Positions 37,505 through 51,310 are shown, counted from the first letter of the stretch. The stretch: 64,000 nucleotides of DNA from Balanoglossus misakiensis (GCA_040954595.2 CM082588.2:12526157-12590156); one strand, 5' to 3'. The notes: generated from the sequence alone by a model not told the origin. Numbers and translations are program-made.

Positions 37505-40500
37505 GAGTTCAAGGGTCAAGAGTTAGAGTTCAAGGGTCTAAGGTCAAGGGTTAGAGTTAAAGAGTTGGAGATCGAGGGTCAAGGGTCAAGGGTAAGAGCT
37601 CAAGGGTCAAAGTTTGGAGTTCATGGGTCAAAGGTTCAATGGTTAGAGTCCAAGGTTCAAGGGGTCAAGGGTTAGAGTTCAAGAGTTGGAGATCGAGGGT
37701 CAAGGGTAAGAGCTCAAGGGTCAAGGGTTAAAGTTCATGGGTCAAAGGTTCAATGGTTAGAGTCCAACGTTCAAGGGGTCAAGGATCAAGGAATAGAGTT
37801 CAATGGTCAAAGGTCAAGGGTTAGAGTTCAAGAGTTGGAGATCGAGGGTAAAGGGGGTCAAGGGTATGAGCACAAGGATCAAGGGTTAGAGTTCAATGGT
37901 CAAGGGGTCAAGGGTCAAGGATTTGAGTTCAACGGTCAAGGGTTAGAGTTCACGAGCCAATGATTTGAGTTCAAGGGTCAAAAGTCAAGGGTACGAGTTC
38001 AAGAGTTGGAGATCGAGGGTCAATGGGGTCAAGGGTCAAGGGTAGGAGCACAAGGATCAAGGGTTAGAGTTCAAGGGGTCAAGGGTCAAGGATTTGAGTT
38101 CAACGGTCAAGGGTTAGAGTTCACGAGTCAAGGATTTGAGTTCAAGGGTCAAAGGTCAAGGGTTAGAGTTCAAGAGTTGGAGATCAAGGGTCAAAGGTCA
38201 AGGATTATAGTTGATGGGTCAACAGTTGGCGTTCAAGGGTTAGAGTTTAATGGTCAAGGGTTCTAGGGTCAAGGGTTTAAGGGTCAAGCAGTAAGGGTCA
38301 GTTGTCAAGTTTAGAGTTTAAGGGTCAAGAGTTTTGTTTCAAGAGTCAAGGGTTAGATTTCAAGGGTCAAAGGTCAAGGGTTAGAGATCAAATGTCAAGG
38401 GTAAGAGTTCAAGGGTCAAATGTTAGAGTTCAAGGGTTAGAGTTCAAGGGTCAAAGGTCAAGGGTTATAGATCAAGTGACGATGGTAAGAGTTCAAGGGT
38501 CAAATGTTAGAGTTCAAGGGTCTAGGGTTAGAGTTCAAGGGTCAAAGGTCAAGGGTTAGAGTTAAAGAGTTGGCGATCGAGGGTCAAGGGTTGGAGTTCA
38601 TGGGTCAGAGGTTCAATGGTTAGAGTCCAAGGTTCAAGGGGTCAAGGATTAGAGTTCAGGGGTCAAAGGTCAATGGTTAGAGTTCAAGAGTTGGAGATCG
38701 AGGGTCCAGGGTTAGAGTTCAATGGTCAAGGGGTCATGGGTCTAGAATTTGAGTTCAAGGGTCAAAGGTCAAGGGTTAGAGTTCACGAGCCAAGGATTTG
38801 AGTTCAAGGGTTAGAGTTCACGAGTCAAGGGTTAGAGTCAAGGGTCTAAGGTCAAGGGTTAGAGTTCAAGAGTTGAAGATCAAGGGTCTAAGGTCAATGA
38901 TTATAGTTGATGAGTCAACAGTTGACGTTCAAGGATTAGAGTTTAAGGGTCATGGGTTTAAGGGACAAGCATTAAGGGTCAGTTGTCAAGTTTAGGGTTT
39001 AAGGGTGAAGAGTTTTGTTTCAAGGGTCAAAGGTTAGATTTCAAAGGTCAAGGGTTAGAGATCAAATGTCAAGGGTAAGAGGTCAAGGGTAAGAGTTCAA
39101 GGATCAAGGGTAAGAGCTCATGTGTCAAGGGTTGGAGTTCATGGGTCCAAGGTTCAAGTGGTCAAGGATCAAGGGTTAGAGTTCAATGGTAAAGGATTAG
39201 AGGTCAAGGGTTAGAGTTTAAGAGTTGGAGATCGAGGGTTAAGGGGTCAAGGGTCAAAGGTCAAGGATTATAGTTGATGGGTCAACAGTTTGCGTTCAAG
39301 GATTAGAGTTTAATGGTCAAGGGTTCTAGGGTCATGGGTTTAAGGGTCAAGCATTAAGGGTCAGTTGTCAAGTTTAGGATTTAAGGGTCAAGAGTTTTGT
39401 TTCAAGGGTCAAGGGTTAGATTTCAAGGGTCAAAGGTCAATGGTTAGAAATCCAATGTCAAGGGTAAGAGTTCAAGGGTCAAAGGTCAAGGGTTAGAGTT
39501 AAAGAGATGGAGATCGAGGGTCAGGGGTTGGAGTTCATGGGTCGGAGGTTCAATGGTTAGAGTCCATGGTTCAAGGGGTCAAGGATTAGAGTTCACGGGT
39601 CAAAGGTCAAGGGTTAGAGTTCAAGAGTTGGAGATCGAGGCTCAAGGGTTTGAGTTCAATGGTCAAGGGGTCATGGGTCAAGAATTTGAGTTCAAGGGTC
39701 AAGGGTTAGAGTTCACGAGCCAAGGATTTGAGTTCAAGGGTTAGAGTTCACGAGTCAAGGGTTAGAGTTCAAGGGTCTAAGGTCAATGGTTAGAGTTCAA
39801 GAGTTGGAGATCAAGGGTCAAAGGTCTATGATTATAGTTGATGGGTCAACAGTTGACGTTCAAGGGTTAGAGTTTAAGGGTCAAGGGTTTAAGGGACAAG
39901 CATTAAGGGTCAGTTGTCAAGTTTAGGGTTTAAGGGTCAAGAGTTTTGTTTCAAGGGTCAAAGGTTAGATTTCAAAGGTCAAGGGCTAGAGATCAAATGT
40001 CAAGGGTAAGAGGTCAAGGGTAAGAGGTCAAGGGTAAGAGCTCATGGGTCAAGGGTTGGAGTTCATGGGTCCAAGGTTCTAGTGGTCAAGGATCGAGGGT
40101 TAGAGTTCAATGGTAAAGGATTAGAGGTCAAGGGTTAGAGTTTAAGAGTTGTAGATCGAGGGTCAAGGGTCAAAGGTCAAGGATTATAGTTGATGGGTCA
40201 ACATTTGGCGTTCAAGGGTTAGAGTTTAATGGTCAAGGGTTCTAGGGTCATGGGTTTAAGGGTCAAGCATTAAGGGTCAGTTGTCAAGTTTAGGGTGTAA
40301 GGGTCAAGAGTTTTGTTTCAAGGGTCAAGGGTTAGATTTCAAGGGTCAAAGGTCAATGGTTAGAGATCCAATGTCAAGGGTAAGAGTTCAAGGGTCATAT
40401 ATTAGAGTTCAAGGGTTGGAGTTCATGGGTCAGAGGTTCAATGGTTAGAGTCCAAGGTTCCAGGGGTGAAGGATTAGAGTTCAAGGGTCAATGGTTAGAG

Positions 40501-43470
40501 TTCAAGAGTTGGAGATCGAGGGTCAAGGGGGTCAAGGGTTAGTCCAAGGTTCAAGGGGTCAAGGATCAAGGGTTATAGTTCAATGGTCAAGGGGTCATGG
40601 GTCAAGAATTTGACTTCAAGGGTCAAAGGTCAAGGGTTAGAGATCAAATGTCAAGGGTAAGAGTTCAAGGGTCAAATGTTAGAGTTCAAGGGTTAGAGTT
40701 CAAGGGTCAAAGGTCAAGGGTTATAGATCAAGCGACGATGGTAAGAGTTCAAGGGTCAAATGTTAGAGTTCAAGGGTCTAGGGTTACAGTTCAAGGGTCA
40801 AAGGTCAAGGGTTAGAGTTAAAGAGTTGGCGATCGAGGGTCAAGGGTTGGAGTTCATGAGCCAATGATTTGAGTTCAAGGGTCAAAAGTCAAGGGTACGA
40901 GTTCAAGAGTTGGAGATCGAGGGTCAAGGGGGTCAAGGGTCAAGGGTAGGAGCACAAGGATCAAGGGTTAGAGTTCAAGGGGTCAAGGGTCAAGGATTTG
41001 AGTTCAACGGTCAAGGGTTAGAGTTCACGAGTCAAGGATTTGAGTTAAAGGGTTAGAGTTCAAGAGTTGGAGATCAAGGGTCAAAGGTCAAGGATTATAG
41101 TTGATGGGTCAACAGTTGGCGTTCAAGGGTTAGAGTTTAATGGTCAAGGGTTTAAGGGTCAAGCATTAAGGGTCAGTTGTTAAGTTTAGGGTTTAAGGGT
41201 CAAGAGTTTAATTTCAAGGGTCAAGGGTTAGATTTCAAGGGTCAAAGGTCAAGGGTTAGAGATCAAATGTCAAGGGTAAGAGTTCAAGGGTCAAATGTTA
41301 GAATTCAAGGGTTAGAGTTTAAGGGTCAAAGGTCAAGGGTTAGAGATCAAGAGTCAAGGGTAAGAGTTCAAGGGTCAAATGTTAGAGTTCAAGGGTCAAG
41401 GGTTAGAGTTCAATGGTCAAAGGTCAAGGGTTAGAGTTAAAGAGTTGGAGATCAAGGGGTCAAGGGTCAAGGGTAAGAGCTCAAGGGTTGAAGTTCATGG
41501 GTCAGAGGTTCATTGATTAGAGTCCAAGGTTCAAGGGGTCAAGGTTTAGAGTTCAAGGGTCAAGGGTTAGAGTTCAAGAGTTGGAGATCGAGGGTCAAGG
41601 GTTATAGTTCAATAGTCAAGGGGTCATGGGTCAAGAATTTGAGTTCAAGGGTCAAGGGTTAGAGTTCACGAGCCAAGGATTTGAGTTCAAGGGTTAGAGT
41701 TCACGAGTCAAGGGTTAGAGTTCAAGGGTCTAAAGTCAATGGTAAGAGTTCAAGAGTTGGAGATCAAGGTCAAAGGTCAATGATTATAGTTGATGGGTCA
41801 ACAGTTGACGTTCAAGGGTTAGAGTTTAAGGGTCAAGGGTTTAAGGGACAAGCATAAAGGGTCAGTTGTCAAGTTTAGGGTTTAAGGGTCAAGAGTTTTG
41901 TTTCAAGGGTCAAAGGTTAGATTTCAAAGGTCAAGGGCTAGAGATCAAATGTCAAGGGTAAGAGGTCAAGGGTAAGAGCTCATGGGTCAAGGGTTGGAGT
42001 TCATGGGTCCAAGGTTCAAGTGGTCAAGGATCGAGGGTTAGAGTTCAATGGTAAAGGATTAGAGGTCAAGGGTTAGAGTTTAAGGGTTAGGGTTAGGGTT
42101 AGGGTCAAAGGTCAAGGGTCAAAGGTCAAGGATTATAGTTGATGGGTCAACAGTTGGCGTTCAAGGGTTAGAGTTTAATGGTCAAGGGTTCTAGGGTCAT
42201 GGGTTTAAGGGTCAAGCATTAAGGGTCAGTTGTCAAGTTTAGGGTGTAAGGGTCAAGAGTTTTGTTTCAAGGGTCAAGGGTTAGATTTCAAGGGTCAAAG
42301 GTCAATGGTTAGAGATCCAATGTCAAGGGTAAGAGTTCAAGGGTCATATATTAGAGTTCAAGGGTTGGAGTTCATGGGTCAGAGGTTCAATGGTTAGAGT
42401 CCAAGGTTCCAGGGGTCAAGGATTAGAGTTCAAGGGTCAAAGGTTAGAGTTCAAGAGTTGGAGATCGAGGGTCAAGGGGGTCAAGGGTTAGAGTCCTAGG
42501 TTCAAGGGGTCAAGGATCAAGGGTTATAGTTCAATGGTCAAGGGGTCATGGGTCAAGAATTTGACTTCAAGGGTCAAAGGTCAAGGGTTAGAGATCAAAT
42601 GTCAAGGGTAAGAGTTCAAGGGTCAAATGTTAGAGTTCAAGGGTTAGAGTTCAAGGGTCAAAGGTCAAGGGTTATAGATCAAGCGACGATGGTAAGAGTT
42701 CAAGGGTCAAATGTTAGAGTTCAAGGGTCTAGGGTTAGAGTTCAAGGGTCAAAGGTCAAGGGTTAGAGTTAAAGAGTTGGCGATCGAGGGTCAAGGGTTG
42801 GAGTTCATGAGCCAATGATTTGAGTTCAAGGGTCAAAAGTCAAGGGTACGAGTTCAAAAGTTGGAGATCGAGGGTCAAGGGGGTCAAGGGTCAAGGGTAG
42901 GAGCACAAGGATCAAGGGTTAGAGTTCAAGGGGTCAAGGGTCAAGGATTTGAGTTCAACGGTCAAGGGTTAGAGTTCACGAGTCAAGGATTTGAGTTAAA
43001 GGGTTAGAGTTCAAGAGTTGGAGATCAAGGGTCAAAGGTCAAGGATTATAGTTGATGGGTCAACAGTTGGCGTTCAAGGGTTAGAGTTTAATGGTCAAGG
43101 GTTTAAGCGTCAAGCATTAAGGGTCAGTTGTTAAGTTTAGGGTTTAAGGGTCAAGAGTTTAATTTCAAGGGTCAAGGGTTAGATTTCAAGGGTCAAAGGT
43201 CAAGGGTTAGAGATCAAATGTCAAGGGTAAGAGTTCAAGGGTCAAGGGTAAGAGTTCAAGGGTCAAGGGTAAGAGCTCATGGATCAAAGGTTCAATGGTT
43301 AGAGTCCAAGGTTCAAGTGGTCAAGGGGTCAAAGGTCAAGGGTTAGAGTTCAAAGGTCAAGGGTTAGAGTTTACGAGTTGGAGATCGAGGGTCAAGGGGT
43401 TCAAGGGTTATAGTTCAGACAGCTGGTCAAAGGTCAAAGGTAAAGGGTTAGAGATCGAGAGTCAAGGGTC
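37505..43470 (+). repeat. Satellite I: G-rich 7-nt-period array (GGGTCAA/AGGTCAA/GGGTTAG/AGTTCAA) with higher-order units including a 1,951-bp duplication
   Basis: Direct reading; near-identical spurious ORFs at 40597/42548 and 41177/43128 are both offset by 1951. Confidence 0.95.
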
Positions 43471-44024
43471 TAATATTAAAAACATGCGATATGGAAATAA
43501 CATCGCTTTTGTATTATATAACCCTTGCCTGGGATAAACACCTGATAGAGCATTATGTTTCCTCTAATTCATAATGTACATATACAATTCCAGATCAGCG
43601 CTGCTTGCAGCTTTAACTATTCTCCAAAATTCGGCCAGATTTCGAAAACCGCATAACCTATGGGGCTGAAACTTGGTAGGGTGATAGGGAACAATGATTG
43701 CAGTGGCTCGTAAATATTTAATTAGTCACATGATAGGGCTAGAGGTCTGGTTTTGGTTGGAGGCCCACTATGGGGTCAAAGTTTTATGCCCCAATTTTGG
43801 GTGACCTTTGACTTACTTTCCCATATCTCAGCATCCAAAGCAGTTAGATCCCTGGCGTTTGGGGGGATTGAGCACATAATGGAGTCTTACACGAAACTTT
43901 GTGACCTTAGGGAAGCCTTTCACTTCGATGTACAATTTCTTCTTTCTTCAGTTCATTAAAATTGTTGCCCATTGAGCCGATTCACCTATTGTGTACGTGT
44001 GTTCATTTAATAAGAGGAATAGCA

Positions 44025-44320
44025 CTCAAATCAAATCAAATTGAAATAAATGAAATTAAATTAAATTAAATCGAAATCATATTAATGTGATAAAATTAAA
44101 TTAGAGTAAAATAAATTATATTAAATTGAATCAAATAAAAATCAAATTAAATCAAAACAAATTAAATAAAATAAATTATATTAAATAATCAAATTAAATT
44201 AAATCCATCTGTCATTCATCCATCATTTATACATCCATCTGTTACCATCCATCTTTGAACCATCCAAATATTCATCTATCACCCATCCCATCTATCATCC
44301 ATATATCATTCATCCACACT
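44025..44320. repeat. (AAATT/AAATC)n followed by degenerate (CATC)n simple repeats
   Basis: Direct reading. Confidence 0.85.
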
Positions 44321-47300
44321 CATCCCGAAACCTAATCCTTACTCGGACCCCATGACCCAATCCCCTTCGTACCTCAAAACCTCACCCCAAAGTCAATCCC
44401 AGAATTGTACTCTCAAAAATACCTTATTAGTCAAACAACAATCACCGATCCAACTCCAAACTTACACTTGTCAGCTATCACCTACCATCCCATCACTACT
44501 CCCACCCAACTTCACCTCAGCCTATTCCCACTCGCTCCCCCATCATCACCCTGGCCTCCTTCACCAAAACCACACCAGACCACATAATGCCTCCATCTTT
44601 TACTCCACACCTTACACCCACCACAAATCCTAGCCATCACCCAACCTATCATAGCCCAAACAACCCAAACCCAATCAAAATTGACCCTAGCCCCACTTAT
44701 CATCATCCAAGCCATCAATGCTCAACGACACCCAAATAACACTAACTTAAAGATTGGCATAAATCCAAACTCATACCACTGCCACCCCCCATATACAAAA
44801 CCAAGACTCTATTACGAACCAATACCTACCTTTTATAGCAAATACACGACCAAAGATTTGATCCCATCTATCATCCATATCCGAAAACTAATCCTTACTG
44901 GGGCCCCATCCTAATCCCATAACCCAATCCACTTCGTACCTCAAACATCACCCCGAAGTCAATACAAGAATTATACTATCAAAAAAATTCATATTATTCA
45001 AACACCAATCACCGATCAAACTCTAAAGTTAAACTAACTCTCACGACCTTGTCAGCTACCACCCACCACCCCGTCACCACTCCCAACCGACTTTACCCAA
45101 ACCTATTCCCACTCGCACTCCCATCACAACCCTGGCCTCCTTCCCCCAAACCGCACCATCTCTTACACCACACCATACACCAACCACAAATTTAAATCCT
45201 GGCAGTCACCCAACCTATTATGCCCAAACAATCCAAATCAAATCAAAATTGACCCTAGCCCAAGCCTACCATCAATACTCGACGGCCAACCAAATAACAC
45301 TTAACTTAAAGATTGGCATCCAAATCCAAACTCATACCACTGCCACTCCAACAATGCAACATCAGGACTCTTTTTTACGAACCAAAACCTAACATTTGTA
45401 GAAAATAGGCGACCAAAGATTTAATCCCTCCAAATATTCATCTATCACCCATCCCATCTATCAGCCATATATTATTCATCCACACTCATCCCGAAACCTA
45501 ATACTTACTGGAACCCCACCTTTAACCCATGACCCAATCCCCTTTGTACGTCGAACCTCATCCGAAGTCAATCCCAGTATTGTACTCTCAAAAAATACCT
45601 TATTACTCAAACGCCAATCATCGATCAAACTCTAAACTTCTATTACTCTCACGACCTTGTCAGCTATCACCCGCCACCGCAATACCACTCCCACCCAACT
45701 TTACCCGAACATATTCCCACTCGTATTCACCACCCTGGCCTCCTTCACAAAAACCTACCCAGACCACATAAAGCCTCCATCTCTTACACCTCACCTTATA
45801 CCCACCACAAATCCTAGCTATCACCCAACCTATCATAGCCCAAACAATCCAAACCCAATCAAAATTGACCCTAGCCGCACTTATCAAGCCATCAATGCTC
45901 AACGGCAACCCAAATAACGCTTAACTTAAAGATTGGCATAAATCCAAACTCATACCACTGCCACCCCAAATATACAACACAAAGACTCTATCACGAACCA
46001 ATACCTACCATTTATAGCAAATACACGACCAAAGATTTGATCCCATCTATCATCCATATATCATCCTTCCACACTCATCCCGAAACCTAATCCTTACTGG
46101 AACCCCAACCTTAAACCCATGACCCAATCCCCTTCGTACCTTAAACCTCACCCCGAAATCAATTCCAGAATTGTAATTTAAAAAAATACCTTATTACTCA
46201 AACACAAATCACCGATCCAATTAAATTAAACTAACTCTCACGACCTTGTCAGCTATCACCAACCAATCCAAACCAACTTTACCTGATCGTATTCCCACTG
46301 CCCCCCTCCCCCTCCCCCCAATCACCACCCTGGCCTCCTTCACCAAAACCGCACCAGACCCCACAATGCCTCTTTGTCTTACACCACACCTTACACCCGC
46401 CACAAATTTAAATCCTGTCAGTCAACCAACCTATCAAAACCCAAACAATCCAAACAAATCAAAATTGACCTAGCCCACCTATCATCACCCAAAGCCTACC
46501 ATCAATACTCGACGGCCAAATAAATAACACTTAACTTAAAGATTGACATCCAATTCCAAACTCTACCACTGCCTGATGTTGTATTGTTGGAACAATACAA
46601 CATCAGGACTCTATTACGAACCAAAATCTTCCATGTGTAGAAAATAGCCGCCCAAAGATTTGATTCCTTCATATATTGAACTATCACCCATACCATATAA
46701 CATTCAAACACAATCATATAACATTCAAATACACTCATCCCGAAACCTAATCCTTAATGGAACCCCACTTTAACCCATGCCCCAAGTCAATCCCAGTATT
46801 TTACTCTCAAAAAATACCTTATTACTCAAACACCAATCATCTAAACTTATATTACTCTCATGACCTTGTCAGCTATCCCTAACCCTAACCCCAACCCACC
46901 ACCCCAATACCACTCACATCCAACTTTACCCGAACATACTCCTTCTCGCACCCCCATCACAACCCTGGCCTCCTTCACCAAAACCGCACCAGACCCCCAT
47001 AATGCCTCCATCTCTTACGTGACCACACCTTAATCCCACCACAAATCCTAGCCATCACCCAACCTATCATAGCTAAAACAAACTAAACTCTATCATTCTT
47101 GCCCCACTTATCATCAACCAAGCCATCAATGCTCAACGGTGGTAACCCAAATAACACTTAACTTAAAGATTTGCATAACCAAACTCATACCACTGCCACC
47201 CTAAATATACAACACCAAGACTCTATTACGAAACAATACCTACCATTTGTAGCAAATAGACCACCAAAGATTTGATCCCATCTATCATCAATATATCATC

Positions 47301-49590
47301 ATTCCACACTCATCCCGAAACCTAATCCTTACTGGGACCCCACATTAACCGACCCAATCCACTTCTTACCTCAAACCTAACCCCGAAGTCAATCCCGGAA
47401 TTGTACTCTTACAAAATACGTTATTACTCAAACACCAATCACCGATCCAATTCCAAAGTTACACTAAGGCTCACGACCTTGTCAGCTATCACCACAGCCA
47501 CCCAACTTTACCCCAACCTATTCCCACGCACCCCTATCACCACCCCGACCTACATCCCCAAAACCGCAGTAGCCCCACCACAAATTTAAATCCTGGCATT
47601 CACCCAAACTATCACAACTCAAACGTCCCAAACCAAATCAAAATTGACCCTAGCCCTAATATTACCCAAGCCTACCCAATACCCGACGACCAACCAAATA
47701 ACACAACTTAAAGATTGGCATCCAAATCCAAACTCTACCACTGCCACTCCAACATGACAACATCAGGACTCTATTACGTACCAAAACCTTCCATGTGTAG
47801 GAAATAGCGACCAAAGATTTGATCCCTCCATATATTCATCTATCACCCATCCCATCTATCATCCATTCATCCACACTCATCTCGAAACCTAATCCTTACT
47901 GCGACCCCACCTTAAACCGATGACCCAATCCACTTCCTACCTCAAACATCACCCCGAAGTCAATCCAAGAATTATACTCCTAAAACATTTCCTATTACTC
48001 AAACACCAATCGCCGATCAAATTATTAAGTTATACTCACTCTCACGACCTTGTCAGCTATAACCCAGCACCTCGTCACCACTCTCACCCAACTTAAATCA
48101 AACCTATTCCCACTCGCAGCCCCATCACAACCCTGGCCTCCTTCACCGAAACCGCACCAGACCTCATATTGCCTCGATCTCTTACACCACACCTTACATC
48201 CACCACAAATTTAAATCCTGGCAGTCACCAAACCAATCATAACCCAAACAATCCAAACAAATCAAAATTGACCCTGGCCCTATCCCACCTAACATCACCC
48301 AAAGCCTACCAATACTCGACGGCCAACATTGGCATCCAAATCCAAACTCATACCACTGCCACTCCCACTATACAAAATCAGGACTCTATTACGAACCAAA
48401 ACCTACTATTTGTAGAAAATAGGCGACCAAAGATTTAATCCTCCAAATATTCATCTATCACCCATCCCATCTATCACCCATATATCAGTCATCAACACTC
48501 ATCCTAAAACATAATCCTTACTGGAACCCCACCTTAAATCCATGTCCCAATCCCCTTTGTACCTCAAACGTCTCCCCGAAGTCAATCCCAGAATTGTACT
48601 CTCAAAAATTGCCTTATTACTCAAACACCAATCATCGACCCAACTCTAAACTTAAACTTACTCACATGACCTTGTCTGTCATCACTGCATTACCACTCAC
48701 ACCCAACTTTACCCAAACATACTCCTACTATCACCCCAATCACCAGCCTGGCCTCCTTCACCAAAAACACAACAGACCCCATAATGCCTCTAACCCTAAT
48801 CTCTTACGTGACCACGACTTATACCCTCCACAAATCCTAGCCATCACCAAAACTATCCAAACACAATCAATATTGACCCTTACTTCACTTATCATCAACC
48901 AAGCCATCAATGCTCAACGTCAACGCAAATAACACTTAACTTAAACCAAACTCAAACCACTGCCACCCCAAATATAGAACACCAAGACTCTATTACGAAC
49001 CAATACCTACCATTTGTAGCAAATAAACGCCCAATAATTTGATCCCGTCTATCATCCATATATCATCATTCCACACTTATCCCGAAACCTAATCCTTATT
49101 GGGACCCAACTTAAACCGACGCAATCCACATCTTACCTCAAACCTCACCCCGAAGTCAATCCCAGAATTCTACTCTTAAAAAATACGTTATTACTCAAAC
49201 AACAATCACCGATCCAACTCCAAACTTACACTAAGGCTCGCGACCTTGTAAGCTATCACCACTACCACACAACTTTACCCCAACCTATTCCCACTCACCC
49301 CTATCACCACCCCGACCTCCATCCCCAAAACCGCACTAGCCCCACCAAAAATTTAAATCCTGTCAGTCACCCAACCTATCATAACAAAAACATCCCAAAC
49401 CAAATCAAAATTGACCCTAGCCCTAACATTGCCCAAGCCTAACATCAATACTCGAAGGCCACGCAAATAACTCTTAACGTAAAGGTTGGCATAAATACAA
49501 ACTCTAATACTAATACTCAAACAACATTTATTACGCTATTCCGAACCAAAACCTGCAATTTTTATATACGACCAAAGATCCTGACCATAG
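44260..49590 (+). repeat. Satellite II: C/A-rich ~560-660-bp units, about 9 diverged copies in alternating subtypes
   Basis: Anchor cccgaaacctaatccttact near 44324, 44881, 45490, 46079, 46739, 47314, 47882, 48502, 49081; subtypes marked by aagccatcaatgctcaacg versus aagcctaccatcaatactcgacgg. Confidence 0.93.
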
Positions 49591-49599
49591 AAGAATTCA

Positions 49600-51310
49600 C
49601 TTCTGTCAATAATACAAACTCCTACAAACTCTCTCTGGCTAATTCATAAAATGTATTTATTTAGGCTTCGAAATAATGGAAATCAAAATGAATCATCTTT
49701 TTGAAAATATTATTAAACACTCATTATTTGGGTACAAATATGATGATTGTTCTGTATTGCATGTATAAATTAAAAATGACTCATTTATCATTTCAAATTC
49801 AAAAACAACCATTTTTAGGCTTAAAACATTAACTTTGTTTTCGAAAATGTTATAAAACACCCCTTGTGGATATCAACATTTAACGACACCCACCCCGCTT
49901 GTGTGATATGAGAGTAAAAACTCGCCCAAGAGAGACTTTGTCACACATTGTAAACACTTCTAAATCATTCGAAATCTTTTCTTTAAATATTATAAAAAAA
50001 ACCACCATTACTTTGTGCACAAAAACTTTTCATACAATACCAAAACGATATTTGGTCCTAAACGCAAGTTTTTTATTATTAGATAATGATTTCAAACTCG
50101 AAATCACCCCGTACTTTTAGCTTAGAAATAATTTTCCTCTGAAAATATTATAAACTCCAAAAACTGTTTAAAAAGCAATTTCTATACAATAACAACCCTG
50201 TTTAAGGCTTTGAAAAACTGTTTAATCATTCTAAAACGTTTCTTTGAACATAATACAAAACCATCCTTTATTCGGGCCCAAAAACTGTTCAAAATGATAT
50301 TTTTTCATATAACAAGTTTTGAATAAAAATTAATAGATAGTGATTTCAAACTCAAACACATCCTTATTTAGGCTTATAAACATTCTAAATTTCTTTTAAA
50401 AATATTCTCTCGATTTAAGGCTTTTTTCTAAAACATTCGTTGAAAGTATTACTAAAACACAACATTTTGGCACAAAAAATTTTCAATACGACATTAAAAA
50501 CGATGTATGTTCCATGAAAACATAAAAACCAGGCATTGAAAATTGTATATAAAACGCAAAATTTTGGTACAAAAAATGTTAAATTCGATATGAAATCGAT
50601 TTTATAATAATATTGCGTATTTAGAAAATAATTTACTTAATCAGCAATTTTTTGAAAATACAAATAGATTTAAGGCTTAAAAACACTTTTTAATAATTCA
50701 ATATCTTTCTTTGAAAATATTATTAAGAAACACATTTCTTGGGCTCAAAAACACCAAGACTCTATTACGATATTAAAACGACGTTTGTTCCATATCACAT
50801 TTTTATAATAATCTCAGCAACATGGCCTGTTTGTTCCATATTGCATTTTTATTTGAAAAACGATTCAATAAGTATTTTAAATTGAAATGCACTTTAATTT
50901 TGGCATAAAAACAGATTAACAGATTATAATACACCCACCTTTGAAAATTGTATATAAAACGCAATATTTTGGTACGAAAATATTTCATACGGTATTAAAT
51001 CGATATTATTATTATTATTATTTATTCACATACTGTAGGCCACCGGCCCATAGGTATACATCATATAATAAAGTTACATCGCTGAAGACGCTGTTTACAT
51101 GTAGTTATTTACACAACATTTGCAGGTGTTGAACCTGGTATTGCATTATGACGTTTCCTTGTGGAAAACAATATAAACTTTGATAGATTCTGTATAATGG
51201 AAGCATTTTCAGATTGCAAAAGTTTGATATCGATATGAAATCGATATTATAAAAATATTGCGAATTTTGAATAAAATTTATTTAATAAGCGATTTTAATA
51301 TTTTGGGCAC
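49600..51310 (-). repeat. Satellite III, left arm (inverted relative to 51320-57840)
   Basis: 50340-50420 gatttcaaactcaaacacatccttatttagg...ctctcgatttaaggc is the reverse complement of 53430-53512. Confidence 0.88.
51010..51237 (-). mobile_element. Short retroelement 3' end with (AAT)n tail inserted in Satellite III
   Basis: (att)n tail on + strand; reverse strand reads ...SIIQNLSKFILFSTRKRH...*; flanked by direct repeat aaatcgatattat (50997-51009, 51238-51250). Confidence 0.55.

Noticed and set aside
37457-43537. Many ORFs rich in RVRVQGS / LEFKGQ
   Set aside because: Products of the 7-nt satellite in several frames, with frequent stops and no splice structure
44260-49590. Pro/Thr/His-rich ORFs, or a possible mitochondrial insertion suggested by C/A skew
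   Set aside because: Tandem ~590-bp units with non-conserved frames; no recognisable mitochondrial gene or tRNA
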